Positions 1 through 11,866 are shown, numbered from the stretch's first letter. The stretch: 64,000 nucleotides of DNA from Syntrophales bacterium (GCA_963668175.1 OY764159.1:1568001-1632000); one strand, 5' to 3'. Numbers and translations: made by a program. Notes: generated by a model from the letters alone, not told the origin.

Positions 1-188
1 AGGCAGTAGACGATCGCCTCGCCTTTGACGGCAACATGTTTCGGGGGCAGCACCGTCTTGACGTCGCTGTGGCACTGACTGCATGATTTAGTCGTCACCG
101 GTGCTTTGGCCATGCCGTTTACTGCCGGGAACGCAATCAGGCCCGCCGCCAGGCCGGCCGCCAAAACGAAACGGTATATCCTTGTCAT
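1..188 (-). CDS. Exported c-type cytochrome, 5' part only (runs off the window)
   Basis: Manual translation from ATG at 188: MTRIYRFVLAAGLAAGLIAFPAVNGMAKAPVTTKSCSQCHSDVK... gives a signal peptide plus a CxxCH heme motif. AAGGGGG RBS upstream. Not in the ORF track. Confidence 0.75.
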   Translation of the reverse strand, partial: MTRIYRFVLAAGLAAGLIAFPAVNGMAKAPVTTKSCSQCHSDVKTVLPPKHVAVKGEAIVYC

Positions 189-509
189 AAAGCCCCCTTG
201 TGCATGGATTGGCGTTTCAACCGGCGGATGCCCGCAGCGCCTTTCCGCAGGCGGCCGGACGGAAGCAATATAGAAACAAAACAGCGGTGTGTCAATGAAT
301 AATGTCGGCGGGTTATCATCTTTCTTCGGGATTGGGGCGGTTCTGTTTGTCAGGTTCAACCTATCAATCGCCTTCCAATCAGCGGACATTGAATTTTGTC
401 CGTCCGGGCTCTATACTTCAAAATATTCCATGCCGTTTCAGGCGGTGGAGGTCTTTTTTTTATACGGCTGGAGACGACATCGATATTTCGGAAGAAAGGA
501 GAAAAGACG

Positions 510-803
510 ATGGACACGGGCGATTTTGTCAAGGGATTTGTCGTGGGCGCCCTGGGAGGATTGCTCTTCGGCATCCTCTATGCTCCGAAAAGCGGCCGGG
601 AGACCCGGGAAGATATCAGGAAATCGACGGCGGATTTATACGACAAGACGAAGGAACAGTACCGCCAGGCGATCCTGGGGATGGAAGAACTGGTGGGAGA
701 AAGCCGTAAGGCCTATGCGGACAAAAAGGAGCGGCTGAAAAAGGCGGTCGAAGCAGGTGTCGAGGCCTACAAGGAAGAGAAGGCCGCCGCCGGTCAGTCT
801 TGA
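510..803 (+). CDS. YtxH-domain general stress protein
   Basis: FVKGFVVGALGGLLFGILYAPKSGRETR matches the YtxH signature. AAGGAG RBS before ATG 510. Confidence 0.85.
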   Translation: MDTGDFVKGFVVGALGGLLFGILYAPKSGRETREDIRKSTADLYDKTKEQYRQAILGMEELVGESRKAYADKKERLKKAVEAGVEAYKEEKAAAGQS

Positions 804-943
804 ATTCCGATCCGTTGCGGCGGAAGAATCCCTTGACGTGAAAGTCGACGGGCTCAAGTGCGCCTGACGCCACGCAGGTTCGACCGCTGTGCAAGGAAAG
901 GATTCCTTATCCGGTAAGCCGAAATGAAAAAGAGAGGAGAGCC

Positions 944-1405
944 ATGCGCGAAGTCGTCCATACGTCGAAAATCAAGATCGTCAGGGAGAAGGGGCCCACC
1001 CGCAGGGCCATGATCGAAGGTTTTGCCGAACCCGTCTATTACGGTGTTCACGGCGGGATCAAAAAGTTTTACAGGGTGGAGCCCGATGAAGAGCATGCGG
1101 CCACGCTGGACCACATCGTCGCCGCCACGGCAGGTTGAATGATGGGAACGCTGGCCACGATGATGGCCGGGAAGAAAATTGCGACCCCCGAACACCTCTA
1201 CTGGGCCGACGTCGAAGGGGACATCGAAAACGTGGACGGCGTGCTCAGAATCACGACGATCCGGGTCAAATACCACCTGAAAACGTCCGAAGAAAAAATG
1301 GACGACGCCAGGGACTGTTTCTCGAAATACATCACCCGCTGCCCCGCCGCCCAGAGCGTGAGCGGCTGCATCAAGCTGGAAGACGATCTGATCTTCGAAA
1401 CATAA
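944..1405 (+). CDS. OsmC/Ohr-family protein with in-frame UGA (probable selenocysteine)
   Basis: ORFs 944-1138 and 1139-1405 are in the same frame, separated only by TGA 1136-1138 (…AATAG-U-MMGTL…). Second Cys in RCPAAQSV. Hairpin at 1151-1170. Confidence 0.8.
1151..1170 (+). promoter_or_regulatory. Candidate bacterial SECIS element
   Basis: CTGGCCA-CGATGA-TGGCCGG forms a 7-bp stem. The loop begins 19 nt after the UGA, with G at loop position 2. Confidence 0.6.
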
Positions 1406-1620
1406 CCTGTCCTTCGGTGTCCCCGTTCCTGTTCTTCTTTGCCGGAGCCGGCCGCGGAGATCGCAGATGGTAGGATAAACCTACCAATCCGCTGACATTC
1501 AATCCATGTTGCCCCCCTGCCGGCGATTGCGTAAGATTCGCCTCGGTCGCGGCCGGGGCCGTCACGAACCTCCGCCGCGTTGTCTTATCGTAATACGGTA
1601 TGCAGGAAAGGAGAGCAGCA

Positions 1621-2232
1621 ATGAAAGTTCTTGTCGTCTATTATTCCATGTACGGCCATATCCGCGCGATGGCGGAGGCCGTTGCCGCCGGTGCCGGGGA
1701 GGTTGGCGGCGCCGAAGTCCTGATGAAACGCGTCCCGGAAACCCTTTCGGACGATATCCTGAAGCAGATGGGGGCCTACGAGACCCAGAAACGTCTCTCT
1801 TCGGTTCCGGTCTGCAAGGTGGAGGACCTCGCTGCGGCGGATGCCATTATTTTCGGGGCGCCGACCCGGTTTGGCAACATGTGCGGGCAGATGCGCCAGT
1901 TTCTCGATGCGACGGGCGGATTATGGGCCAAAGGCACCCTGGTGGGCAAGGTGGGAAGCGTCTTCGCCTCCAGCGCTACGCAGCACGGCGGGCAGGAATC
2001 GACAATCTTGAGTTTCCATGTCACCCTTCTCCATCACGGCATGGTGATCGTGGGATTGCCCTATGCCTTTGCCGGCCAGATGCGCATCGACGAGATCACA
2101 GGCGGTTCGCCCTACGGGGCCTCGACGATCGCCGGAGGCCAGGGGGAGCGCATGCCCAGCGAAAACGAACTGGCGGCCGCCCGCTATCAGGGAAAACACG
2201 TCGCGGAGATTGCCGCAAAACTGTTCCGCTGA
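1621..2232 (+). CDS. wrbA: NAD(P)H:quinone oxidoreductase, WrbA type
   Basis: [26 protein letters not shown] and GGSPYGA motifs. GGAGAG RBS. Confidence 0.95.
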   Translation: MKVLVVYYSMYGHIRAMAEAVAAGAGEVGGAEVLMKRVPETLSDDILKQMGAYETQKRLSSVPVCKVEDLAAADAIIFGAPTRFGNMCGQMRQFLDATGGLWAKGTLVGKVGSVFASSATQHGGQESTILSFHVTLLHHGMVIVGLPYAFAGQMRIDEITGGSPYGASTIAGGQGERMPSENELAAARYQGKHVAEIAAKLFR

Positions 2233-2322
2233 CGGCGATAAGTGGAAGGAGCCGACGGAAACAGGAAAGACAGACCCTGTCACGCAACGGATGAAACGAA
2301 TACAGCAAGAGGAGGATATCGC

Positions 2323-2499
2323 ATGGATCAGAAAACGGCCGACCAGGCCTGGCGTGACATGGAGGCGCGGATCGAACAGCTGCTGCCGCGTTTTTTGAGC
2401 GGCGAGATACGGCATCTCGATTACAAGCCCGCAGGGGAAATCCTCTTGCTCGACAAGCCTGTCGATTACGGCCGGAAAAAGGAACTGCCGATGCGCTGA
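2323..2499 (+). CDS. Small hypothetical protein (58 aa)
   Basis: Strong GAGGAGG RBS before ATG 2323. Lies between wrbA and sod on the same strand. Confidence 0.55.
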   Translation: MDQKTADQAWRDMEARIEQLLPRFLSGEIRHLDYKPAGEILLLDKPVDYGRKKELPMR

Positions 2500-2633
2500 C
2501 CGCGCAATTCACCGCCATTTTCATCGAGAAGACGGTCGGGGGCGCATCCGGGGAGCGTCTCCGACCCGTTTTGATATTCAGACGAATGCACCCCCGGTGC
2601 GACAAATGCATATTACCATTTCAAGGAGGAAAA

Positions 2634-3242
2634 ATGACTGCGAAATTCTATACCCAACCGGCTCTTGCCTACGGCTACAAGGACCTCATGCCTTATATCT
2701 CGGAAGAACAACTGAAAATCCACTACGAAAAGCACCACCAGGCCTATGTCAAAGGGGCCAACGCCGTTCTCGAAAAGCTGGACAAAGCGCGGCAGGACAA
2801 TGCCGATCTTGATCTGAAAGCAGCGCTGAAGGAGCTGTCGTTCAATATCGGCGGGCATCTGCTTCATTCCCTGTTCTGGGGGAACCTGGCTCCCGCCGAT
2901 AAATCAGGCGCACCGTCGGGCCGGCTGCTTTCGGCGATCAACGGCGAATTCGGAAGCGTCGAGCGCTTCAAGAAAGAGTTCACCCAGGCGGCCGTCAGCG
3001 TCGAAGGGTCGGGCTGGGCGGCATTGACTTATTGCCGGGCCACGCAGAGACCCATCATCATGCAGGTCGAAAAGCACAATGTCCATGTCTATCCCATGTT
3101 CCGGATTATCATGGTGCTGGACGTCTTCGAACATGCCTACTATCTCGATTACAAGAACGAGCGGGCCAAGTTTGTCGACGCCTTCTGGAATATCGTCAAC
3201 TGGGAGGAAGTGGGCAAGCGATTGGAAGACGTATTAGGCTGA
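2634..3242 (+). CDS. sod: Fe/Mn superoxide dismutase
   Basis: [19 protein letters not shown] and DVFEHAYY metal-ligand motifs. AAGGAGG RBS. Confidence 0.95.
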   Translation: MTAKFYTQPALAYGYKDLMPYISEEQLKIHYEKHHQAYVKGANAVLEKLDKARQDNADLDLKAALKELSFNIGGHLLHSLFWGNLAPADKSGAPSGRLLSAINGEFGSVERFKKEFTQAAVSVEGSGWAALTYCRATQRPIIMQVEKHNVHVYPMFRIIMVLDVFEHAYYLDYKNERAKFVDAFWNIVNWEEVGKRLEDVLG

Positions 3243-3346
3243 GAACCATCCTTTTCGCTCCGTGCCTTTATCGCCGCCGGGAGGAAAGCATCCGGCGCGC
3301 GATAAAGAGCCATGAGGCAGGACATCACCCTTTCAAGGAGGATCTT

Positions 3347-3919
3347 ATGGACAGAAGAATGCTCGTGTCGGTTCTGATCGTCGGCGCGTTCCTGATGGTC
3401 TATACGGGGTGCGCACAGAAAGCGGCCGTCGTGGAAACACAGCCCGTTCAGGAACAGAAGATGACGCCCCAGGCGGCTCCCGAGCCGCAGAAAGATACCG
3501 CGGCCGAGGACGAGGCCCGCCGGAAGGCCATGGAAGAGCAGGCGATGAAGGAAAAGGCCATGAAAGAGGCGGAGGCTCGGATTGCCGTTCTGTTTGACGA
3601 TATCCGCTTCGATTTCGACAAGGCCATCATCAAACCGGAATTCCGCCAGCGGCTCAACGATCAGGCGGACTGGCTCCGCGGCAACGGTTGGCAGCAATTG
3701 ACCATTGAAGGAAACTGCGACGAAAGGGGAACGGAGGAGTACAACATTGCTCTGGGCCAGCGACGGGCTGAGGCCGCGAAGAAGTACCTCGTCGATTTGG
3801 GGACGGATGCCAAGAAGATCAAAGCGATAAGTTACGGGAAAGAAAAACCCCTCGATCCCGGTCACGACGAAGAGGCCTGGGCGAAAAACAGAAGGGACCA
3901 TTTTGAATTGTCCAGGTAA
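3347..3919 (+). CDS. pal: Peptidoglycan-associated lipoprotein
   Basis: Lipobox YTGC. FDFDK, IEGNCDERGTEEYNIALGQRRA, ISYGKEKP and AWAKNRR motifs. Confidence 0.9.
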   Translation: MDRRMLVSVLIVGAFLMVYTGCAQKAAVVETQPVQEQKMTPQAAPEPQKDTAAEDEARRKAMEEQAMKEKAMKEAEARIAVLFDDIRFDFDKAIIKPEFRQRLNDQADWLRGNGWQQLTIEGNCDERGTEEYNIALGQRRAEAAKKYLVDLGTDAKKIKAISYGKEKPLDPGHDEEAWAKNRRDHFELSR

Positions 3920-3940
3920 TGAGGAGGACTCAGGCGGATA

Positions 3941-3979
3941 TTCAAACGGCACCTTCGGAAAACGGGGTGCCGTTTTGAA
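3941..3979 (+). terminator. Stem-loop after pal
   Basis: AAACGGCACC…GGTGCCGTTT inverted repeat. Confidence 0.55.
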
Positions 3980-4040
3980 TATGGTGCGCTTTCCTGGCCT
4001 GGATGCATTGGGGTGAAAGACAAGAAACGGATGGAGGTAA

Positions 4041-4562
4041 ATGATGGCAGACGAACAGGGTAAGAAAGCGATGGCCGTACGGTTGAACGTCAACGGCAGG
4101 GAGTACGCCTTCGATGCGGAACCCGATATGCCGCTTCTCTGGGCGATCCGGGAGAAAATAGGGCTGACCGGGACCAAGTACGGATGCGGAATAGCCCAAT
4201 GCGGGGCCTGTACGGTCCTCGTGAACGGAAAGGCGACACGCTCGTGCGTTACCCCCGTATCTTCCGTCGCAGGCAAGGAGATCGTCACGATCGAAGGGCT
4301 CTCGTCGGACGGCTCCCACCCCCTGCAGAAGGCCTGGGTGGATGAGGAAGTGCCTCAATGCGGTTACTGCCAGCCTGGGCAGATCATGACCGCTGCGGCC
4401 CTTCTCGTCGGGAACAAGAACCCAAGCGACGGCGATATCGACGAGGCCATGAAGGGCAATCTCTGCCGCTGCGGGACGTATCAACGCATCCGCCGCGCCG
4501 TTCACGCGGCTGCCGGTATGATGGGGAAAGCCAACAAGATGGAGAAAGGAGAGCGCGTATGA
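4041..4562 (+). CDS. (2Fe-2S) small subunit of an isoquinoline 1-oxidoreductase (IorA)-like molybdoenzyme
   Basis: [24 protein letters not shown] and NLCRCG motifs. Confidence 0.9.
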   Translation: MMADEQGKKAMAVRLNVNGREYAFDAEPDMPLLWAIREKIGLTGTKYGCGIAQCGACTVLVNGKATRSCVTPVSSVAGKEIVTIEGLSSDGSHPLQKAWVDEEVPQCGYCQPGQIMTAAALLVGNKNPSDGDIDEAMKGNLCRCGTYQRIRRAVHAAAGMMGKANKMEKGERV

Positions 4563-6727
4563 ACGGGATTTTCAAGATCTGTCGGCGCGATTTTCTCAAG
4601 TCAGGCCTCGTCATGGGCGGCGGGCTGGTCCTCGGCTTCTCTTTTCATCCGCTGGGGCCTTCGCAGGGAATGGCGTCGGCGCAACCATCGGCGCCGTTCG
4701 TTCCCAATGCCTTTATCCGCATTACCGACGACGACATCGTGACGGTCATCTGCAACAAGTCGGAGATGGGGCAGGGCGTTTACACGTCCCTTCCCATGCT
4801 TGTGGCCGAAGAACTGGAATGCGACTGGAGCCGCGTGCGGGTGGAGCCCGCCCCGGTCCATCCCGCTTATAACCATACCCAATGGGGTGTCATGCAGGGC
4901 ACCGGCGGGTCCACGAGCATCCGGAGCGAATGGGAGCGCCTCCGGAAGGCCGGGGCGGCGGCCAGGGAAATGCTTATCGCGGCCGCAGCGGCGACCTGGC
5001 AGACCGACAGATCGAACTGCCGTGCGGAGAACGGCATGGTCGTCCACAGCGACGGCCGGAAGCTCTCCTTCGGCCGGCTTGCCGCCAAGGCGGGCGAACA
5101 GCCGGTTCCCAGGGACGTGCCGCTGAAAGACCCGTCCGCCTTCAAAATCGTCGGCAAGCGCGTGCACAGGCTGGATACGCCGGACAAGGCGACCGGCAGG
5201 GCGTTGTTCGGCCTCGATGTGGCCGTACCCGGCATGCTGACGGCCGTCATCGCGCGTTCCCCCGTTTTCGGCGGCAAGGCGGCCGCTTTCCGCGACGGGA
5301 AGACGAGGACCGTGCCGGGCGTCAGGGACGTGGTCCAGGTGCCGACGGGCGTGGCCGTCATCGCCGACGGATTCTTTGCGGCCAAGAAGGGACGCGATTA
5401 TCTGGAGATCGACTGGGACGAAGGCGAGGGGGCGAAACTCTCGACGCCCGGCCAACGGGAAAGCTACAGGAAAATGGCCGCAACGCCGGGTGCGACGGCC
5501 AGGAAAGACGGCCGGGCCGACAAGGTCCTGCGCGGCGCCCGGAAGAAGCTCGAGGCCGAGTACGAGGTGCCCTATCTCGCGCATGCGATGATGGAGCCTC
5601 TCAACTGCCTGGTCGATTACCGGGGCGACCGTTGCGAAATCTGGACGGGCACCCAGTCCCAGACATCGGACCGGAACGCGGCGGCCTCAATCCTCGGGCT
5701 CAAGCCGGAACAGGTCGTTCTTCACACAACGTTCCTCGGCAGCGGCTTCGGACGCAGGGCCAATCCCCAGTCCGATTTCGTCCGCGAGGCCGCTTACGTG
5801 GCCAAGGCCGTGAAGCAACCGGTGAAGGTCGTCTGGACCCGGGAGGACGATACTCGCGGCGGCTTCTACCGGCCGATGTGGTTCGACCGGATCTCGGCGT
5901 CCCTCGACGCCAGGGGAAGGATCTCCGCCTGGAAACAGACCATCGTCGGCCAGTCGATTCTCGAAGGGACGCCCTTTGCCGGGATGATCAAGGACGGTGT
6001 GGACGAGACATCCGTGGAAGGGGCGTCCACGATGCCCTATGAAATCCCGAATGTAGCCGTGGATCTGCACAGCCCGAAATTACCCGTACCGGTCCAGTGG
6101 TGGCGGTCGGTGGGCCATTCCCATACGGCCTTCGTCGTCGAAAGCTTCATCGACGAACTGGCCCACGAGGCGAAAAAGGACCCCTACGAATTCCGCCGCC
6201 GCATGCTCGGCAGGCATCCCCGGAACCTGGGCGTCCTCGATCTGGCGGCGGATAAAGCGGGATGGGGCAAAAAGCTTCCCGAAGGCCGTTTCCGGGGCAT
6301 CGCCCAGCACGAGTCCTTCGGCAGTTTCATAGCCCAAGTGGCTGAAGTGTCGGTGGGTCAAGACGGCAAAGTCCGCGTCCATCGCGTGGTCTGCGCCGTC
6401 GATTGCGGACGCGTCGTCAATCCCGACACGATCGAAGCCCAGATGGAAGGCGGGATCATCTTCGGACTTTCCGCCGCCCTTTACGGCGCCATTACGCTGA
6501 AAAACGGCCGACCCGAGCAGAGCAACTTCCATAACTACAAACTGGTTCGCCTGGACGAAGCGCCGGTCATGGAGGTCCATATCGTCCCGAGCCGGGAGGC
6601 CCTGGGCGGGGTGGGGGAACCGGGTGTGCCGCCCATCGCCCCCGCAGTGGCGAATGCTGTTTTTGCCGCGACGGGCAAGCGAATCCGCTCGCTGCCGATC
6701 CGTCCGGAGATGCTGAAGAAAACATGA
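4559..6727 (+). CDS. Xanthine dehydrogenase family molybdopterin subunit (IorB-like), Tat-exported
   Basis: RRDFLK Tat motif, [28 protein letters not shown] and GVGEP motifs. ATGA overlap with the small subunit gene. Confidence 0.9.
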   Translation: MNGIFKICRRDFLKSGLVMGGGLVLGFSFHPLGPSQGMASAQPSAPFVPNAFIRITDDDIVTVICNKSEMGQGVYTSLPMLVAEELECDWSRVRVEPAPVHPAYNHTQWGVMQGTGGSTSIRSEWERLRKAGAAAREMLIAAAAATWQTDRSNCRAENGMVVHSDGRKLSFGRLAAKAGEQPVPRDVPLKDPSAFKIVGKRVHRLDTPDKATGRALFGLDVAVPGMLTAVIARSPVFGGKAAAFRDGKTRTVPGVRDVVQVPTGVAVIADGFFAAKKGRDYLEIDWDEGEGAKLSTPGQRESYRKMAATPGATARKDGRADKVLRGARKKLEAEYEVPYLAHAMMEPLNCLVDYRGDRCEIWTGTQSQTSDRNAAASILGLKPEQVVLHTTFLGSGFGRRANPQSDFVREAAYVAKAVKQPVKVVWTREDDTRGGFYRPMWFDRISASLDARGRISAWKQTIVGQSILEGTPFAGMIKDGVDETSVEGASTMPYEIPNVAVDLHSPKLPVPVQWWRSVGHSHTAFVVESFIDELAHEAKKDPYEFRRRMLGRHPRNLGVLDLAADKAGWGKKLPEGRFRGIAQHESFGSFIAQVAEVSVGQDGKVRVHRVVCAVDCGRVVNPDTIEAQMEGGIIFGLSAALYGAITLKNGRPEQSNFHNYKLVRLDEAPVMEVHIVPSREALGGVGEPGVPPIAPAVANAVFAATGKRIRSLPIRPEMLKKT

Positions 6728-6829
6728 CGGTCCGTGCCGCTTTCCGGGAGATTCACACCGCTGCCGGCGGTGAAGAGGATACCGCCGGACCTGGGCACGG
6801 TTGCTTCTTCACGCCGCAACCGGTAGCGC

Positions 6830-7771
6830 CTACATCGCGGCTGTCTCTTCCCTGACCTGTGCTACGCACGCCGTCAGAGCCCGGGCGAATTGGTCCTTCA
6901 TGGCCTCTCGCGTCGATTCCGGTTTGAATGCGAGCTGTGCTTCGGCCTTGGTTACATCGAGGTCCCATATCTCGTTCAGAAAGGCGGGACCTTTCCATTC
7001 GCCGGACGGCACGAATTTGACAACAGAGCGGGATTGGGTGAGGCGGATGATGATCTCGCCGATCTCCTGCCACGAGAGGAACAGGCTGCCGATGTTGTAC
7101 GTCTCTCCCGCCGCCGCGGGTGTTGTCGCTGCCGACAGTGCCGCGCGGCCCAGGTCGGCCATGGTCGCAAAGAGACCACCCGCGCCTTGGACCATTTCCA
7201 GGGGTTCGTTCTTGAGGGCCGCCCGGACGAGATTGCGGAGGTTGCTGCCGCCGATCGTGTCGCCGAAGGCCCACCAGAAACGGAAGATCGTGGCGGCCAG
7301 GCCCTTCTGCCGTTGGTAATGGCGGCAAAGCTCCTCTGCCGTCTGCTTGCCCAGGGCGTAGAGGGGTTTGCGGGCCTCCCCTGTCAGGCAGGGGTGGCTT
7401 TCGGTCACGGGATGCGTCACAGCGCGGCCGTAGGCGACGGCCGTGCTCGTGTAGATGAAGGATTTCACCCTGGCGTCTGCCGCCTCTTCCAGCAGGTTGA
7501 TATGGCCGGCGATATCGCCGCCGAAAATCGTCCGGGGATCGTCGGCGAAGCTCCATGCCAGGTTGATGACCGTATCCGCTCCCTTTACGGCCTCCCTGAC
7601 GAGGCCGCGTTCCGCGAGGTCTCCGCCAAAGTACGTCATCCCGGCGATTTGCATGCCGTCTTTCTCTTTCTCCGGCCGGTCGAGAACGGCGACCTCATGG
7701 CCCCGTCCGAGCAAATCCCCCGCCATGTATCTCCCGACCTCGCCTCCTCCTCCCGCCAGCAGGATCTTCAT
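6830..7771 (-). CDS. NAD-dependent epimerase/dehydratase (extended SDR)
   Basis: MKILLAGGGGEVG Rossmann motif, YTSTAVAYG, catalytic YALGK. Confidence 0.85.
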   Translation of the reverse strand: MKILLAGGGGEVGRYMAGDLLGRGHEVAVLDRPEKEKDGMQIAGMTYFGGDLAERGLVREAVKGADTVINLAWSFADDPRTIFGGDIAGHINLLEEAADARVKSFIYTSTAVAYGRAVTHPVTESHPCLTGEARKPLYALGKQTAEELCRHYQRQKGLAATIFRFWWAFGDTIGGSNLRNLVRAALKNEPLEMVQGAGGLFATMADLGRAALSAATTPAAAGETYNIGSLFLSWQEIGEIIIRLTQSRSVVKFVPSGEWKGPAFLNEIWDLDVTKAEAQLAFKPESTREAMKDQFARALTACVAQVREETAAM

Positions 7772-7886
7772 ATGATCCCTCCCATCGAAAAATAAACGGG
7801 GAACAGAAGGAAAACCCGCTTCCCTCCGTTCCCCGCGTGTTTTCTGTTGTAGTATCCCGCCGTCGCATACGGGATGCATGGTTGTT

Positions 7887-9191
7887 TTATGCCGTTTTTT
7901 CCTCGGCGATTCTCTTTCTGACGATCGGCCGCAAGACAAAAAGGGCCAGGATGCACGCCGTGATGTCGAAAATAGCGGAGATATAATAGGGAACCTCAAA
8001 CGAACCGGCGTAATAAGCTGCAACCAGGGCCGCGCCATAACCGGCCAGGATGGACGCCATGCCTTTGGCCGTGTAGAGAATGCCGTAGTTGCCGGAGGCA
8101 TTCTTGGCTCCGAAAACGTCGCCCGTGAGGGCCGAGAAGAGCGCGTAAATCTCGCCCCAGGCCAGGAAGACAAAGGGCAGCAGGATGACGAAGGCGACCG
8201 GGCTTCCCATGATCTGCGTCATGAGGAAGATGAGGACGCCCTCCAGGCCGAAGGCGAAGGCCATGGTGTATTCCCTCCCGAATCTGTCGGATACCGCCCC
8301 CCACATGATCCTCGCGAATGCGTTGGTGACGCCGGCGATGGTCGCCGTGAACGGAACGATCGCGATGCCGAGGATCTTGGCGTCGAAGACGTTCAGGGAT
8401 TTGGCGATCTGGGAAAGGTTGCCGGTGGTCATCAGGCCGCCGGTGCAGACCATGAGGAACATGAAGTACATGATGTAGAATTCTTTTTTCGTGAGCATCT
8501 GCGTCCAGGTGTAGTTGACCTTGGTCTGGATAACGGCCTTGGGCGCCACCCATCCTGCCGGTTGCCAGCCGCCGGGGGGATGGCGCAGGATCAGGGCCAT
8601 GGCGATGGCCACGACGCCCTGGCCGAGGCCCCAGGCGGTCATGGCGCCCGCCCAGCCCAGGGCTTTAATCGTGGCGGCGACGGGGATGAGCGTCAGGGCC
8701 GAGCCGCCCCCGAAGCCGGCAGCCGTGAGCCCTGCCGCCAGGCCCCGCTTGTCCGGGAACCATTTGACGGCGTTGGCCACCGTGGCGATATAAATGATGC
8801 CTGCACCGGTACCGGCGATGAGACCGTAGTAGATATAGAGTTCATTGACTGTCGTGGCGACAGTGCCTCCCAGGACCCATCCCAGGAGGATGCCCGTGGC
8901 GCCTACCAGCATGAGGTTACGGATGCCGAACTTATCGATAAAGTATCCGGCGACGGGGACGGGCCACGTTTCGAAGAGAATAAACAGGGTGTAAATCAGG
9001 GCGATTTTTGCATAGGGAACATCGGCAAATTGCTGCTTCAATCCAGGGGTGAAAAGAGTGAAGGCGTATTGAAAGTTCGAAATAACGATCATCGCCATAA
9101 CGCCGGCTGCGAGCTGAATCCATCGATTGCCGACGAATGATCCGTAGGTTTGCTTAGCGAGGTCTACTTGAGCAATGCTCTCGTTTGACAT
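7887..9191 (-). CDS. oxlT: Oxalate/formate antiporter (OFA) family MFS transporter
   Basis: 12-TM MFS pattern, NFQYAFTLF, KWFPDKRGLAAG and YTAKG motifs. Directly downstream of the oxalate oxidoreductase genes. Confidence 0.85.
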   Translation of the reverse strand: MSNESIAQVDLAKQTYGSFVGNRWIQLAAGVMAMIVISNFQYAFTLFTPGLKQQFADVPYAKIALIYTLFILFETWPVPVAGYFIDKFGIRNLMLVGATGILLGWVLGGTVATTVNELYIYYGLIAGTGAGIIYIATVANAVKWFPDKRGLAAGLTAAGFGGGSALTLIPVAATIKALGWAGAMTAWGLGQGVVAIAMALILRHPPGGWQPAGWVAPKAVIQTKVNYTWTQMLTKKEFYIMYFMFLMVCTGGLMTTGNLSQIAKSLNVFDAKILGIAIVPFTATIAGVTNAFARIMWGAVSDRFGREYTMAFAFGLEGVLIFLMTQIMGSPVAFVILLPFVFLAWGEIYALFSALTGDVFGAKNASGNYGILYTAKGMASILAGYGAALVAAYYAGSFEVPYYISAIFDITACILALFVLRPIVRKRIAEEKTA

Positions 9192-9237
9192 TTCTCCTCC
9201 TCCTTTCAACAACTTTAAAAGAACTCTGCCTCACCCG

Positions 9238-9270
9238 GGGAAACGCCCGCTGCGCGAGCGGGGCGTTCCC
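9238..9270 (-). terminator. Intercistronic stem-loop between oorB and the transporter
   Basis: GGGAAACGCCCGCT…AGCGGGGCGTTCCC imperfect inverted repeat, no clear U-tract. Confidence 0.45.
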
Positions 9271-9301
9271 TCCGGCTGCGGCAGCTTACCGCCTGGTTGC
9301 G

Positions 9302-10303
<1,002 letters not shown>

Positions 10304-10326
10304 TTATCACCTCCTTATAGGTCCTG

Positions 10327-11520
10327 TTATGCTTCATCCTCAAACCCAACCCAGTAGACCTTCTGACGCACCTTCTTCTCCTTGATCATCTGCTGGAGGA
10401 TTTTCGCCATGTAGTAGAAGTCGTCGAGAAGGATCACGTCGCCGCCGAGGCCCGCCATGAACGACGTCAGAAGCGGTCTCTTTTCGAGATCGTACAGGGA
10501 GGCGCTCACCTCGTGGATCAGGTTGCCGCCCCGGGTGGCACCGCCGTAGGACGTGCTGGTCTCGACGGTGGCGATCGCCTTGACATGGGCGAGGGCTTCC
10601 ATGATCTGCTGGGTCGGCCAGGGCCTGATCCAGCGCGGCCGCACCATGCCGGCCTTAAGACCCTGCTTCCGCAACTGGCGGATGGCCGCTTTACACGTAT
10701 TGGCATGGGCTCCCTGGATGAAAAAGGCCACTTCGGCATCCTTCATTTCGTACTGTTCCAGGTACGGATCGATCTTCCGGCCGAAGATCTTGTTGTAATC
10801 GGCGACGGCCTGTTCGATGACCTTGGGCACTTCGAGGAAGGTCATGGCCCGCTGGGCGTCCATGGGCGCGCCCTGGTCCGGCCTGATCTGCGGTCCGTGG
10901 GAAACTGGGCAAGTCGGGCTCAGGGGGTGAGGAGCGCTGTAAGGAGGCAGAAATTCCCGGACCTGCGACAGTTCGGGGAGGACAACCTTATCCGGGATGT
11001 GGGAAAGGAAATACCCGTCCTGGCAGACGAACTGGGGCAGCATGATACGGGGGTCCTCTCCGACGCGGAAATTGATGAGCGTGTTATCGAAGACTTCCTG
11101 GGGGGTCGAGGCCCATCCCATCAGCCAGCCCTGGTCCCGGGCCGACATGCAGTCGGTGTGTTCCGATCCGAAGTCGCCGGGCGGGTCGAGGGTCCGGTCC
11201 GCAATGGCCATCTGCAGGGGATAACGGCCGCCGGCCGCCGGGCTGTAAACTTCAAAGGCATACGTGACGCCGACGCCGGAACTTCCCGTATAGGCACGGG
11301 CGCCGGCGGCGGATGCGCCCAGAACGACCGAAACCTGGGCGTGTTCACCTTCGCCGTGGATGAACTCGGCGTTGAGTTCTCCGTTGGCGACCATTTTAGA
11401 AAGCTCCATCATGATAGCCGTGTAGGGACGAATCGGGTAGGAGCAGATGACTTCCACTTCCGCGAATTTGGCCCCTTGCGCCGCCGCTGCACAGCCGCTG
11501 AGTAAATATTCTTTAGCCAT
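10327..11520 (-). CDS. oorA: Oxalate oxidoreductase alpha subunit
   Basis: SYPIRPYT (Arg in place of the Thr of PFOR YPITP) and ADRTLDPPGDFG, as in Moorella thermoacetica OOR alpha. Confidence 0.88.
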   Translation of the reverse strand: MAKEYLLSGCAAAAQGAKFAEVEVICSYPIRPYTAIMMELSKMVANGELNAEFIHGEGEHAQVSVVLGASAAGARAYTGSSGVGVTYAFEVYSPAAGGRYPLQMAIADRTLDPPGDFGSEHTDCMSARDQGWLMGWASTPQEVFDNTLINFRVGEDPRIMLPQFVCQDGYFLSHIPDKVVLPELSQVREFLPPYSAPHPLSPTCPVSHGPQIRPDQGAPMDAQRAMTFLEVPKVIEQAVADYNKIFGRKIDPYLEQYEMKDAEVAFFIQGAHANTCKAAIRQLRKQGLKAGMVRPRWIRPWPTQQIMEALAHVKAIATVETSTSYGGATRGGNLIHEVSASLYDLEKRPLLTSFMAGLGGDVILLDDFYYMAKILQQMIKEKKVRQKVYWVGFEDEA

Positions 11521-11536
11521 AATATCATCCTCCTCC

Positions 11537-11866
11537 TTAGAAAGGTTTTTCCAGACGAACCACACCGTCGGGGAAATCGAGTTCCGGTTCGCCGGAGATG
11601 GCATCCACCGGGCATTCGTAGATGCAGATCTGGCATCCTTTGCAGAAGCGCCAGTTCCATTCCATCTGATCCTCTTTTTCGTTGTAGGACCAGCAGGAGT
11701 CCGGGCATGCGGCGTAGCAGGTGAAGCACCTGGTGCATTTTTCGTGGTCGATGACGGGACGGATGATCCTCCAGTTGGAGGTTTGAAAGAGGTCCTGCGT
11801 GTTAACCGGTGCAGGGGTTATCGCTCCGAACGGTACTTCCCTATCCTTAGGGATTTTGATAGCCAT
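11537..11866 (-). CDS. 2x[4Fe-4S] ferredoxin-like subunit of oxalate oxidoreductase (C-terminal part of OorD)
   Basis: NWRIIRPVID, CTRCFTCYAACP, CKGCQICIYECP and PELDF. Confidence 0.85.
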   Translation of the reverse strand: MAIKIPKDREVPFGAITPAPVNTQDLFQTSNWRIIRPVIDHEKCTRCFTCYAACPDSCWSYNEKEDQMEWNWRFCKGCQICIYECPVDAISGEPELDFPDGVVRLEKPF

